Positions 29,463-39,264 of a stretch of 64,000 nucleotides of DNA are shown here, in pieces. A program made the position numbers and the translations under genes. The notes beneath the pieces are model-generated. The model was not told where the DNA came from and ran no database searches. It worked only from the letters and a program-made list of their open reading frames with translations. The DNA is taken from the IMG/VR virus record IMGVR_UViG_3300046665_000548, positions 186,001 through 250,000 of that record, one strand, 5' to 3'. The first letter of the stretch is position 1, and each line of letters opens with the position of its first letter.

Positions 29463-30056
29463 CTATTTGTTGAAATACGCACGAACTGCTGCGAAATACT
29501 CACGAACTGCTGCGGTATGGAACGGGAAAGCCGTTTCAACTGGCTCGTGGATTACAGTGACTTCACTGATCTCATGATCGTGCGTGAATGCCCCCTCGTG
29601 TGTAATCTCTAAGAGAGATTTGCAGAAAAGCAAATTCACGCCTCCATCAGGCGTCGTCCGAACATCTGAGATCACAAGCCCTTCTGGAATGATATCCACG
29701 CCGGTCTCTTCTTTGACCTCTTTGCAAGCGGCCTGTTGCCACGTCAGAGGACGTTCCTGAAACCCTCCAGGGAGAGCGAGCTTTCCATAACCGTCTTTGA
29801 GAGCCCGTCTAACCATCAGCAGACCGCCGTTGCAGGGGACCAGCACGACGACCACGGTGGGTGTGTTATCGTATCGCGGCGATGCCGCTAGGCTGGCTTC
29901 CGCTGCCTCTACGTAATGTCTCCAAGCCGGTAGCGTGGCATCAGGAATCCACGCAGGAAGGTTCTCGAACAAAGGCTCATTCAGGTCTTTGTCGGGATGC
30001 ATTGTTCGGCAAATCGCCTTGGCAGATGCTTCAATTTCCGGAGATACTTTGTGCAT
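29463..30056 (-). CDS. NUDIX hydrolase
   Basis: ALPGGFQE...AACKEVKEETG Nudix box. Confidence 0.88.
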   Translation of the reverse strand: MHKVSPEIEASAKAICRTMHPDKDLNEPLFENLPAWIPDATLPAWRHYVEAAEASLAASPRYDNTPTVVVVLVPCNGGLLMVRRALKDGYGKLALPGGFQERPLTWQQAACKEVKEETGVDIIPEGLVISDVRTTPDGGVNLLFCKSLLEITHEGAFTHDHEISEVTVIHEPVETAFPFHTAAVREYFAAVRAYFNK

Positions 30057-30586
30057 TAAGATAGGTCCACTTTGATCCAGTTGCCTTTTTTATCCTGCTC
30101 TGAAAATAGTTTTCGCAACAGAATAGCCTTGTGAATCTCTTTGTAACGATGCGGGAGCATTTGCGCCATAGTCATGATCCAATCAGGCACGGAGTTATCG
30201 CGAAGGCTTTCAAGATAAAAATCTGTTGTGGCTGAGAATGTTACTTGCTGTAGCTTGGTGTCGAAGACGAGACCCGAGCGAATGGCCTTAACAGCTTCGC
30301 GCCCGTTATTTGTGAGACGGAATATCGCGTCCATCGTGGTATATTCTTTGTCCGCCCTACACTCGGTCGTGACTAGTTTGGCTCGCACCAATGGGTCGGT
30401 ATCGTAACCGCGTTTTCGCATATCAAAGATATCGCGTCGAGATTGGCGATCTTTGACCGATCTAACGTCCCATTCAAAACTATTGATTTCTGCGTAATGA
30501 ACCCTGGGCATGATTTTATGGCTACCGCCATTTTGATCAAGTCGAATTAGACTGGCCGCTAAATTTGATCCAGGGGTGACTAGCAT
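30056..30586 (-). CDS. Hypothetical protein
   Basis: ORF track; translationally coupled. Confidence 0.6.
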   Translation of the reverse strand: MLVTPGSNLAASLIRLDQNGGSHKIMPRVHYAEINSFEWDVRSVKDRQSRRDIFDMRKRGYDTDPLVRAKLVTTECRADKEYTTMDAIFRLTNNGREAVKAIRSGLVFDTKLQQVTFSATTDFYLESLRDNSVPDWIMTMAQMLPHRYKEIHKAILLRKLFSEQDKKGNWIKVDLS

Positions 30587-30812
30587 GGTTCATTTAATTT
30601 TAAGCTCGACGCCGAGCTTGGTATCAGGACCTCTATTGCCCATGACGTATTGTCGGTTGAGCGTAACAGGAAACCAACACGTAGAAGGTGACAGGCTACT
30701 AAGCTTCTTATAGCTTGCGTAATTCAACGACACAGTAGGATAGGCGTTATCACGCGCGCGAGTATTGGTACAGACTTGAAGCTTTATCTTCATCAGACCA
30801 TGATATCGAAAG

Positions 30813-31325
30813 TCAAACAGAATTTCCACTTTCTCGAAGCTTGCCGATGATCTTGTTGAACATAATCCTGGAACGATGCGTGAACAGGGCTACCTGTTCC
30901 TCATAGTCTCCGAAGCCTCCGTGAATTCGGCCGGGCTGAGTCATGACCTCTTGGACAAACCAGTTATCAAGCTCTTCTGCGCTCAGGTCATCGATACTTT
31001 TTACGATATCCCTCCAGGCAAACTGCATTTGCCTTTCTTCGGAAACGCCATCGACGGTGTGGCGATAGATACACGAAATTACCTGATAAAGAGCGGCCCT
31101 ATTCAATTCGCTCGTGGTCCATCGATCTTGGGCGTCCAACCATTCGATCCAAGGCATCACATGCGGATCGGAAAGTTGCGTAAGACTACCCAGTCGCCTA
31201 GATTCGAGCGACGGTTCGGAAACAGGCGCGCGATTTCGCCATGAAATGCCAGCGGCAGCCCTGAACATCAGGGCTACCCTTTCTTGGAATGGCATTAGCT
31301 TAAGTGGGCGCGTCGTGCGCGTCAT
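30813..31325 (-). CDS. Hypothetical protein
   Basis: ORF track. Confidence 0.6.
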   Translation of the reverse strand: MTRTTRPLKLMPFQERVALMFRAAAGISWRNRAPVSEPSLESRRLGSLTQLSDPHVMPWIEWLDAQDRWTTSELNRAALYQVISCIYRHTVDGVSEERQMQFAWRDIVKSIDDLSAEELDNWFVQEVMTQPGRIHGGFGDYEEQVALFTHRSRIMFNKIIGKLRESGNSV

Positions 31326-31777
31326 TAGTTTGCTCCCTGCGGCGCGAACACATGCTTTTCTGGTGGCTCGCGCTTGCGGATTTTAACGCAAAGAAACTGC
31401 ATCACGAGAATGCTCAGCAAATCTACTATGGCCATCATGTATCGCCCCTCAAAGAGACGAATAATAGTGATGACCAAAGAACAAACATTAAACCCGCGCC
31501 GCATAAAACTGACGTGCCATAGCTGCGCAGTATAATTGAAGACCTCGAAAAATCCGTTGGACTGGAGATAATGGTAGCGGGTCATGAAGCCGCCAATGAT
31601 GGCGAATAAACATAAACCAAACACACTGAGGTTCATGTCAAAAATAATGAATGTCGTAATCACCCACGCGGGAAACGCGATCATCGCCACCGTGATGCCG
31701 GTGCGATCCCAAATCCAAAGATAAGCGGAATTGAGATATGCGATGATCGCGTCGTCCATTTTTAGGATTGCGTCCAT
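31325..31777 (-). CDS. Multi-pass membrane hypothetical protein
   Basis: Three to four hydrophobic segments. Confidence 0.65.
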   Translation of the reverse strand: MDAILKMDDAIIAYLNSAYLWIWDRTGITVAMIAFPAWVITTFIIFDMNLSVFGLCLFAIIGGFMTRYHYLQSNGFFEVFNYTAQLWHVSFMRRGFNVCSLVITIIRLFEGRYMMAIVDLLSILVMQFLCVKIRKREPPEKHVFAPQGAN

Positions 31778-31780
31778 AGG

Positions 31781-32707
31781 TTAAGCGGCCATCTGCTGGA
31801 GATCGTCTCCGTCCTGCTCGCCGCCATCCTCCGTGGGCGCATCCTTGAGGGCGAGGCCACGGAGATAGTCTGCTGCCTTCTGTGCGGCGCTGGCGGCCCG
31901 CATAAAGGCCCGGTCGTCCTTTTCCAGCACGCCGATCCAGGTCTCGATGTATCCGGCGTGGCGGAGATCGCCGTCATAATCGAACTCGGCACAGAGGAAC
32001 GCGGAGGTCAGTTCGGCCACAAGCTCTTCCAGAGCATAGCCAGAATCACCGAACTTGTTCTTCAAGTCGCGGTCGAGCCGCTTCTTGTTGCCGGTCCAGT
32101 GACCAAGCTCGTGGAAAAGCGTCGCGTAATAGTGGTCGCGAGACTTGAACGCGCCATAGGCGGGCATACCAATATCATCGCGCTTGGTGCTGTACGAGGC
32201 CAGACCCTGATTTTCGCGGATTACCGCGCCGGTTGACTTGATGAAACCGTCAGCGAGTTCATCGCGCTCGGCCGTATTGAGCGGAGCCTTGCCGACGAAA
32301 AGCTTCTCGGGCAGGCCATCGCACTGCGCGATATTGAAGACCCGATAGCCCTTCACGACGAAGCGCTTTTCGTCTTCTTCGGTCGAAGTCTTGGCCTTCT
32401 TCACATAGGTCTTGGTGAACATGATCATGGTGGACTTTTCGCCCTTGCGGACGTGGCCGCCGAGCGAGACCGCCTGATCATAGGTGAGCCACATGGGGGT
32501 GACGAAACCGGCCGCTGCGGCAGCCATCCAGAGAAGCACAACGTTACCGCCCGAATAGGGACGACCGCTGACAGCATTTACCGGCTGGTGAGTGCCAGTA
32601 CCGGCCTCGCGCCACGGCTTCACCCACGGAGCAGCGCCGCTGCGCAGTTCGTCCAGAATGCGGTCGGTGATCGCCTTGTGAACATTGAACTTCTCGGTCT
32701 CGGCCAT
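31781..32707 (-). CDS. ardC: ArdC-family ssDNA-binding antirestriction protein (DUF1738 plus zincin-like domain)
   Basis: PWVKPW, NAVSGRPYSGGN, WLTYDQA..LGGHVRKGEK, FHELGHWTG, YALEELVAE; early promoter upstream. Confidence 0.9.
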   Translation of the reverse strand: MAETEKFNVHKAITDRILDELRSGAAPWVKPWREAGTGTHQPVNAVSGRPYSGGNVVLLWMAAAAAGFVTPMWLTYDQAVSLGGHVRKGEKSTMIMFTKTYVKKAKTSTEEDEKRFVVKGYRVFNIAQCDGLPEKLFVGKAPLNTAERDELADGFIKSTGAVIRENQGLASYSTKRDDIGMPAYGAFKSRDHYYATLFHELGHWTGNKKRLDRDLKNKFGDSGYALEELVAELTSAFLCAEFDYDGDLRHAGYIETWIGVLEKDDRAFMRAASAAQKAADYLRGLALKDAPTEDGGEQDGDDLQQMAA

Positions 32708-32771
32708 GCGTCGCTCCAGCGCTTGTGAATCGATGATCACAAACTACCAGAATTTGGACGTTCGTCAAGCC

Positions 32772-33026
32772 CTATTGGCTATAATCACTCACATTTAACG
32801 GGGTAATTACGCGAGGGAAAAACTTGACCACTGCCCAATCCGGGCAAAACCGGCGAGCAAGAGTCTCGTTACGGTTGCATTGAGGCGATCCGAAGCCCTT
32901 ACCATAGAACGTCAATCCCTTTTCGGGATGAACCACCCACCAACTATCAAGCCACTGATGAACCATAGAATGCCGTGAAGTTTCGATCTCATGCTCAGGC
33001 ATGAAATGATATTTTTCAATGTCCAT
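32772..33026 (-). CDS. Hypothetical protein directly downstream of the tRNA
   Basis: ATG 33026 lies just after the tRNA CCA end; the longer ORF call would overlap the tRNA. Confidence 0.55.
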   Translation of the reverse strand: MDIEKYHFMPEHEIETSRHSMVHQWLDSWWVVHPEKGLTFYGKGFGSPQCNRNETLARRFCPDWAVVKFFPRVITPLNVSDYSQ

Positions 33027-33039
33027 GTAAAACTCTGTG

Positions 33040-33116
33040 TGGTAGGCGCGGTGGGATTCGAACCCACGTGACCAGGATTTTAAGTCCCGTACGGTAACCA
33101 ACTACGTCACGCGCCC
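33040..33116 (-). tRNA. tRNA-Leu(TAA) with a short (class I) variable region
   Basis: GGGCGCG/CGCGCCT acceptor stem, CGGGA-CTTAAAA-TCCTG anticodon arm, 5-nt variable loop GTCAC, GTGGG-TTCGAAT-CCCAC T arm, ACCA. Confidence 0.85.
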
Positions 33117-33130
33117 AAAAAGAGATGGGG

Positions 33131-33179
33131 TCAGCGAGAGAGACGTAAGTGGCCGAGTGAGTTCATGAAATTATTTATA
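33131..33179 (-). promoter_or_regulatory. TATAAATA late promoter plus 11-codon leader ORF (MNSLGHLRLSR) before tRNA-Leu(TAA)
   Basis: Promoter at 33172-33179, ATG 33166, TGA 33131-33133; contains TTA and two CTC codons. Confidence 0.5.
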
Positions 33180-33181
33180 CA

Positions 33182-33490
33182 CTAACCAAACCACATACGG
33201 AAGAGAATTGCATCACGATCAGACGCAAATGAAACTCCACTGAAGTTGTAGGCCCACGTGTCGTTGCAGTTGTTGTTCAGCCAACGCCGAACCTCATTCT
33301 TTGCTCGACCTTGCTTTGCACTGGACCAATCGGGGTCAACATGGTGGGGCAAGTTCTGCTCCAACCATTCGTACATTTCACGCATGTGGTCTTTGCGCCA
33401 CTCGTCCGGCCAAGAATGCCACGTCTCGCAATGAAAATTGATTTCTTTTTTCTTCTGACGAACGTCGATGTATTTGAATGTGCTGGACAT
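33182..33490 (-). CDS. W..DA..F(R)xW paralog family protein
   Basis: VRRWLNNNC...SFASDRDAILFRMWFG. Confidence 0.65.
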   Translation of the reverse strand: MSSTFKYIDVRQKKKEINFHCETWHSWPDEWRKDHMREMYEWLEQNLPHHVDPDWSSAKQGRAKNEVRRWLNNNCNDTWAYNFSGVSFASDRDAILFRMWFG

Positions 33491-33534
33491 TAGGTATGTC
33501 TACTGGGTGTCGCGCGTAGAGTAAATACTGGACA

Positions 33535-36150
33535 ATGAAATTGTCCCTTTACCCCAACGCCACAAATCTAATCAGCGGAACTGTTGCAGGTGTGCAGGAG
33601 GGCGCGACCGTGCAGTATCCTCTGTCGCTGTTCATGTCCGCATCTACAGCGGTGGCAACTTTCGCGCCAATCGATTCTCCGACGTTTACGGGAACGGTTG
33701 CTGGTATCACGGCTGCAATGGTGGGTCTTGGCAACGTCAACAACACGTCCGATGCCAACAAGCCACCTTCGACTGCGGTGCAGAGCGCCCTCGATCTTAA
33801 GGCCCCCCTGGCATCTCCGGTGTTTAGCGGAAACGTTTCTGGTATCACGGCGGGCATGGTCGGTTTGCCGAACGTGGATAACACGGCAGACATCGACAAA
33901 CCAGTTTCGGCCGCCACACAGACTGCGCTTAACCTCAAGGCTCCTATTGCATCTCCAACCTTTACCGGGACCGTGTTCGGTATCACGGCGGACATGGTGG
34001 GTCTGGGTAATGTGGACAATACGCCAGATAACAGTAAGCCAGTATCAACATCTCAGCAGAACGCACTGAACCTAAAGGCCAATATAGCCTCACCGACATT
34101 CACCGGCACCGTGTCGGGCATTACGGCTGCAATGGTGGGTCTTGGCAACGTCAACAACACGTCCGATGCCAACAAGCCGATCTCGACGGCGACACAAAGC
34201 GCTCTCGATGCGCTCACGACTACTGTCACGACGACCATTCAAGCCTCATTAGACCTTAAGGCACCACTCGCCTCTCCGGCCTTCACTGGCACGGTAACGG
34301 GTATCACTGCGGCGATGGTTGGCCTTGGGAACGTCAACAACACCAGCGACGCGAGTAAGCCTGTTTCGACTGCAACGCAGACTGCGCTTAATCTAAAAGC
34401 GGATGTTGCTTCTCCGACGTTCAGCGGCACTGTGTCTGGCATTACGGCTGCAATGGTTGGCTTGGGTAATGTCAACAATACCACCGATGCAAACAAACCG
34501 GTTTCGACAGCGACTCAGACCGCGCTGGACCTCAAGGCCAATCTAGCCTCTCCGACTTTCACCGGAACTGTAGCAGGCATTACGGCAGCCATGGTCGGTT
34601 TGAGTAATGTGACTAACACGTCCGATGCTAATAAGCCTGTTTCTACAGCGCAACAGACAGCGCTTGATCTGAAAGCAAATCTGGCGTCTCCGACCTTTAC
34701 TGGAACTGTAGCGGGTATTACCGCGACAATGGTCGGTCTCGGCAACGTAAACAATACGAGTGATGCTAACAAGCCGGTTTCAACTGCACAGCAGACAGCG
34801 CTTGATCTAAAGGCAAATCTGGCTTCACCAACCTTCACCGGTACTGTCGCTGGCATCACTGCGGCCATGGTCGGACTTGGCAATGTCAACAATACATCAG
34901 ATGCCAACAAGCCGATCTCCACCGCAGAACAAACGGCCTTGAATCTGAAGGCTGATTTGGCCTCTCCGACATTTACTGGAACGGCGACCATACCAACCGC
35001 GACAATCACAAGTCGGGCGGCCATTGGCCCTAACTATACAGTCAATCAATATAGTGCGTTAATTAATGCTCGCGCGGTCGGCCCTGTATTCGAATTCGGC
35101 TCTACTAATACGGCCGGGTATGGTTCCGTACTAGGTTCGGAATCAACTTCTGGTATCCCGTATATAGCCTTCAACTCTGGGCCTGGAACAAACGCTAATA
35201 CCTATAAAACATTAGGACTTTCAGGTTCAGTTCTCCGAGCAGACAACTCTGGTGGTTTCACTTGGGGCAGTGTTGCTACTGCTAGCGCGGATAACCAAAC
35301 TCTGACATCACTGATGACTCTTAGCAGTGCCGGAGCACTTACCGTGACTGGTGCGGTCTACGGCACACTTTTTTACGATAAGGACAATACTGGTTACTAC
35401 GTAGACCCGGCGTCAACAAGCAACATGAATGCCATTACGGGTGCTGGTGTTATTCAAAGTAACGCTAGCGTACGAGCGCCAATTTTCTATGATTCCGCCA
35501 ACACGGGTTACTACGTCCAGCCGAGAGGCCAATCGCGAGTAAGCAGTTTCAATAAGGACGTGGGAGTTTGGAACTACTCATCGGAAGGTTATCAACGTAC
35601 GCTGTATAACAATGGCGACTCTACATCACATTCTGGCGGCAACGGCGGCACTTACAATCACACGTTCATGTATCATGGCGGACCCGCCCAGTGGCTTATG
35701 TATGCGACAAACTTCTACGCGGCTGGAAACATCATCGCATACTGGTCGGACAAACGCCTCAAGAAAAACCTTGATCCTCTTTCAGACTGGAGGACGATCA
35801 TTGATGGTGTCGCTGGTTATCGATTCGACTGGAACGAATGGGGCGAGAAAATCTATAAGCCTAATGAGGATGGCAAACGAGAAATCGGTCTCCTTGCACA
35901 AGATGTGCTCGCTGTATTTCCAGAAGCTGTTGTCATCCAGGAAATGCAATACAAGTCGCAAGGCGTGCCTCGTGATGACATCAACTACGATCCTGCCGAT
36001 CCATACAAAACAATTCTTTATGACAAATTCGTTCCTGTTTTGATAGAATCGTCAAAGGCTGCTCATGGAAAACTAGATGATCATGATGCCTTACTAAGAC
36101 AGATACTTGAACGCCTAGAAAGGATTGAAAATGGCAAACGTTCCGATTGA
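33535..36150 (+). CDS. Long tail fibre with 46-aa repeats and C-terminal intramolecular chaperone (peptidase S74)
   Basis: Nine full repeats plus a partial one; SDKRLKKN...GYRFDWN...IGLLAQDV chaperone motifs; TAAATA at 33522. Confidence 0.9.
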   Translation: MKLSLYPNATNLISGTVAGVQEGATVQYPLSLFMSASTAVATFAPIDSPTFTGTVAGITAAMVGLGNVNNTSDANKPPSTAVQSALDLKAPLASPVFSGNVSGITAGMVGLPNVDNTADIDKPVSAATQTALNLKAPIASPTFTGTVFGITADMVGLGNVDNTPDNSKPVSTSQQNALNLKANIASPTFTGTVSGITAAMVGLGNVNNTSDANKPISTATQSALDALTTTVTTTIQASLDLKAPLASPAFTGTVTGITAAMVGLGNVNNTSDASKPVSTATQTALNLKADVASPTFSGTVSGITAAMVGLGNVNNTTDANKPVSTATQTALDLKANLASPTFTGTVAGITAAMVGLSNVTNTSDANKPVSTAQQTALDLKANLASPTFTGTVAGITATMVGLGNVNNTSDANKPVSTAQQTALDLKANLASPTFTGTVAGITAAMVGLGNVNNTSDANKPISTAEQTALNLKADLASPTFTGTATIPTATITSRAAIGPNYTVNQYSALINARAVGPVFEFGSTNTAGYGSVLGSESTSGIPYIAFNSGPGTNANTYKTLGLSGSVLRADNSGGFTWGSVATASADNQTLTSLMTLSSAGALTVTGAVYGTLFYDKDNTGYYVDPASTSNMNAITGAGVIQSNASVRAPIFYDSANTGYYVQPRGQSRVSSFNKDVGVWNYSSEGYQRTLYNNGDSTSHSGGNGGTYNHTFMYHGGPAQWLMYATNFYAAGNIIAYWSDKRLKKNLDPLSDWRTIIDGVAGYRFDWNEWGEKIYKPNEDGKREIGLLAQDVLAVFPEAVVIQEMQYKSQGVPRDDINYDPADPYKTILYDKFVPVLIESSKAAHGKLDDHDALLRQILERLERIENGKRSD
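33673..34983 (+). repeat. Tandem ~138-nt (46-aa) coding repeats
   Basis: Unit ASPTFTGTVAGITAAMVGLGNVNNTSDANKPVSTAQQTALDLKANL. Confidence 0.9.
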
Positions 36151-36505
36151 TCAGACATTCAGCATTGATCCGGCTGTTGAAGAAATTGTCATTCCGCCTG
36201 AAGCGGTGTTCGTCATTGATATCACTCGCCTACAGATGTCAGCCGCCGACCCGACTGTGATCGAGAATGTCATCTGGGAAATGAAGATGACCTATGGCCA
36301 GTACAAGGGTACAGTCAACGGAGCAGTAAAATTGGGATCACCCAACCCGGATAACTTCATCCCTGTTGCTGACCTTACAAAGACGCAAGTTATTGAATGG
36401 GTCGAAGCTCAAGAAAACATGCAAGAGATGAAAGAACGCATGGTTCAAGCTATGAATGAAAGGCTCCGAGTCATCATCGAACGACCAGTCTTCAAGCCAG
36501 AGTAA
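36131..36505 (+). CDS. Tail-fibre-associated small protein
   Basis: Overlaps the fibre 3' end; NFIPVADLTKTQVIEWV motif typical of fibre-adjacent genes. Confidence 0.65.
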   Translation: MANVPIDQTFSIDPAVEEIVIPPEAVFVIDITRLQMSAADPTVIENVIWEMKMTYGQYKGTVNGAVKLGSPNPDNFIPVADLTKTQVIEWVEAQENMQEMKERMVQAMNERLRVIIERPVFKPE

Positions 36506-36584
36506 TTCGAATATTGGCGATCACGAAGCGAATTGTTATCGTTCATTTTTAGAGGACTTATTAGTGAACTCACAAGAACAACCA

Positions 36585-36755
36585 ATGAAAATTGATGCTG
36601 AATTTCGCATCAAGATGATAATCGGTGAGCAGACGTTCCAGATTCAAATGATGATGGATAAGATCGCAGAGCTTACCGCAGAAAATGAAGCACTCAAGGC
36701 TGCTATGGCCGAAACGAGTGTCGCGACGAAATCGGCAGGTCTGGATTTACGCTAG
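36585..36755 (+). CDS. Small coiled-coil protein
   Basis: ATG 36585; DKIAELTAENEALKAA. Confidence 0.55.
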   Translation: MKIDAEFRIKMIIGEQTFQIQMMMDKIAELTAENEALKAAMAETSVATKSAGLDLR

Positions 36756-36967
36756 CGCTTACGTGAGGCAGGCGGCGGAGACATTGGTTTCCATTCGCCC
36801 GCCACCTTGCTCCAAGCAAGCCGCGCGTTTCTCTCGCCTACCTCAAATGGCCCAGCGACCCCGCATAGGCAAACCATTCTGGTCCCGCGCAGGATCGTAT
36901 AGTTGGGTTCTGGTGTACGCCCGCAAGCCGGACAGCCGTTTATTGCAGTCAATGGTTGCCAGCCCAT
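36752..36967 (-). CDS. Lar-like zinc-ribbon protein
   Basis: GCPACG...CLCGVAGP...ARLAW. Confidence 0.45.
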   Translation of the reverse strand: MGWQPLTAINGCPACGRTPEPNYTILRGTRMVCLCGVAGPFEVGERNARLAWSKVAGEWKPMSPPPASRKR

Positions 36968-36973
36968 AATCCC

Positions 36974-37369
36974 TCAGCCATTTGTCAGGAAACCTACCGT
37001 TTCCAGATTCTTCATATTCTGGCCGAAGGTAGCAACGCCGATCTCCGTCAGTTTTTGTGTGGCCTCTGCTCGGCCATGAAGACAAACCCACAAAGAGAAC
37101 GGTGCGTGCTGACCATCTGCGTAACGCACCTCAATTCCGTGAGGCCGAAACTCTCTTGGAACCGCAATTAGATACACCGGGAGATCGAGCCGCCGCAAGT
37201 CTCGTTCGCACTGAACGAAGTCCTTAGCCAATCCTTCATTGATCATCTTCATGAAGGTAAGCGTGATCACACCAACATCGTTGGCATCGACGGCGAGCTT
37301 TATTCGCTCATCACGTTCAGGATGATCAACGCCAGATGGAGGCTCGGAATAATACGCGAGATAATCCAT
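36974..37369 (-). CDS. Hypothetical protein
   Basis: ORF track. Confidence 0.6.
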   Translation of the reverse strand: MDYLAYYSEPPSGVDHPERDERIKLAVDANDVGVITLTFMKMINEGLAKDFVQCERDLRRLDLPVYLIAVPREFRPHGIEVRYADGQHAPFSLWVCLHGRAEATQKLTEIGVATFGQNMKNLETVGFLTNG

Positions 37370-38055
37370 TAGAATGGTTCCGTGAGAATAGTGATTCCAT
37401 CGCGGCCTTCCTGCTCATAAGCAGGTGTTTGTAAACGCGACATCGACAAAGCACCCGACAGGTCGGACGCCTCTGGCTCTGGATCACCAAAGACCCAAGC
37501 GGTAAGCTTGCGGTAATCGTGCGCACAGAAGCGATAATTTGCAATCACAATATGCGCGTCCAGCGCGGCATGGCGCAAATAGGGCTGCTTCGTGAAATCA
37601 ATGACGGCGATACGAGAAATCGTTCCAGGCGTGATCGTGCCCAAATAGGAACACGTTCCGAGAACCTTCAAGCTGTCTTCATAGGACCACCGCTGCTCCA
37701 GCAGAAGATCGCGATAATGCTCCACACGCTGCTTTGGAGTGTAATGGGCAGGGAGGTCATCCTTGCGTCTCCCAAGCTGTTCTAGGGCATCCTCGTCCGC
37801 ATTGAACCAATCCTCCACGAGAAGATCGTGATCAATCTCAACTACCACTCCAACGTGGCGGTGCCGCTTGGCCGTGAGAGACGCTACGGCGGCGAAATAG
37901 ACCGGATATGCATCGGTCAGGTAGACCGCATCGGGACAGCTTTGTGGGGCATCGTCGGTCCAGTGACCACCGCGCTTTTTCCGTTCACGCGGCTCGATAC
38001 CCCGTTTGAGGATCAAGTCCAACGCGGCTCTGGCTGTGCCGTGATAAAGCTTCAT
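37369..38055 (-). CDS. ADP-ribosyltransferase-fold protein
   Basis: KLYHGT...ILKRGIEP...AVYLTD...VVVEID. Confidence 0.55.
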   Translation of the reverse strand: MKLYHGTARAALDLILKRGIEPRERKKRGGHWTDDAPQSCPDAVYLTDAYPVYFAAVASLTAKRHRHVGVVVEIDHDLLVEDWFNADEDALEQLGRRKDDLPAHYTPKQRVEHYRDLLLEQRWSYEDSLKVLGTCSYLGTITPGTISRIAVIDFTKQPYLRHAALDAHIVIANYRFCAHDYRKLTAWVFGDPEPEASDLSGALSMSRLQTPAYEQEGRDGITILTEPF

Positions 38056-38303
38056 CGTTGAGGGTATCTCTCAGCGAGGGAATCGAAGATGTCTAGCATC
38101 TCAGCCTCGAAGAAAGTCTCCAAGAAAACAGCCACATCTTCCGTGCCGTTGTACCCGGCAAGAAAGCGGTCGTATCTACCAGAGCGTGGCAAAACATAGA
38201 TTTGCGAGCCCCGACCCTTGAGCAGATAGATTGGCTCTTCGCCGTCTTTATCCGTCCGCTCAACGATGATTGATCCCTGGTAGATGACTGTGTGCATGTA
38301 TCC

Positions 38304-38870
38304 TCAGGTGTAGACGATCATAGCGAGTCGCAGACTGCGACGAATGAGTTCGTTGTGGTCCGCGAACAGCGTCATCGCGTCAATCTCGGTAGGGGTCTTC
38401 CAGGTTACGGCAGCGGCGTCGTCAGCCGCCTCGACGGTCACCGTCGCGTCAGGATAAACTCGGAGATCGAACAGGAAGCAGTGCGAAACGATTCGCGCAC
38501 GAGGGTCGCGCTCGGGAGCGTCACCGATAACCGTGACGCCACGTTGCGCAGCCTTGATGAGATCATCCGAGGGATGACCCTTCGGCTCACTCGTCTCGAC
38601 TCGCAGCTTGGTCTCTTCATCAAGCTCGCGCACGGCGCAGCCGAGAGCCGACTCGTCGTCGTAGTTCATGAAGCCACCCGGAAGAGCCCACATGCCTTCG
38701 CCGGGCCACTTGGCGCGCTGGACGAGCAGAATTTCAGGCTCGAAGGTCAGGGACTTGTCGCCATCGACAGCGGGAAGGCGATGTCGAACCACCACGGAAT
38801 CGCCGGTCAGAAACGGCCCTTTGCCATATTTCCGATGATAGTCGGCAACGCGAGGGTCAAGCTCAGTCAT
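38304..38870 (-). CDS. NUDIX hydrolase, ADP-ribose pyrophosphatase (NadM-Nudix/NrtR-like)
   Basis: WALPGGFM...CAVRELDEET, PERDPRARIVS, ADDAAAV.W, LFADH. Confidence 0.85.
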   Translation of the reverse strand: MTELDPRVADYHRKYGKGPFLTGDSVVVRHRLPAVDGDKSLTFEPEILLVQRAKWPGEGMWALPGGFMNYDDESALGCAVRELDEETKLRVETSEPKGHPSDDLIKAAQRGVTVIGDAPERDPRARIVSHCFLFDLRVYPDATVTVEAADDAAAVTWKTPTEIDAMTLFADHNELIRRSLRLAMIVYT

Positions 38871-39264
38871 TATTTACTTCCTCTGTTTAAATCAAAAATC
38901 CACTGAACGAAACGACCGCGATAGCCGCGACCACTGCGGCTACAAGCAGCAATGTTGCGTTGGTTGCCGGTGAATTCCACCAATCACGCAATTTCTTCAT
39001 GACAAGATCGCCTGATGCTTGATCGCGCTCAGCTTCGGTAACACGTCCGTGCTGAGATACGCGTAATCGTTGTCCGGACCCTGAAACTTGGGGGACAGAA
39101 AGTAAAGCTGCTGCTCGGTGATCAGCGCCTGGATGGCGGCAAGCTGCGCCTTGAGTTCGGCGTTCTCGGTCTCAAGACGGTGGATGTAGTTATTGTCGCC
39201 CTTGGCCATGCGAATCTCCGTGATAGCCATAGACTACCACGGATAATTCTTTCGTCAACTGTTT

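Noticed and set aside
33549-35024. Long antisense and alternate-frame ORFs over the tail fibre
   Set aside because: By-products of the repeat sequence and codon bias; no RBS and no protein-like features.
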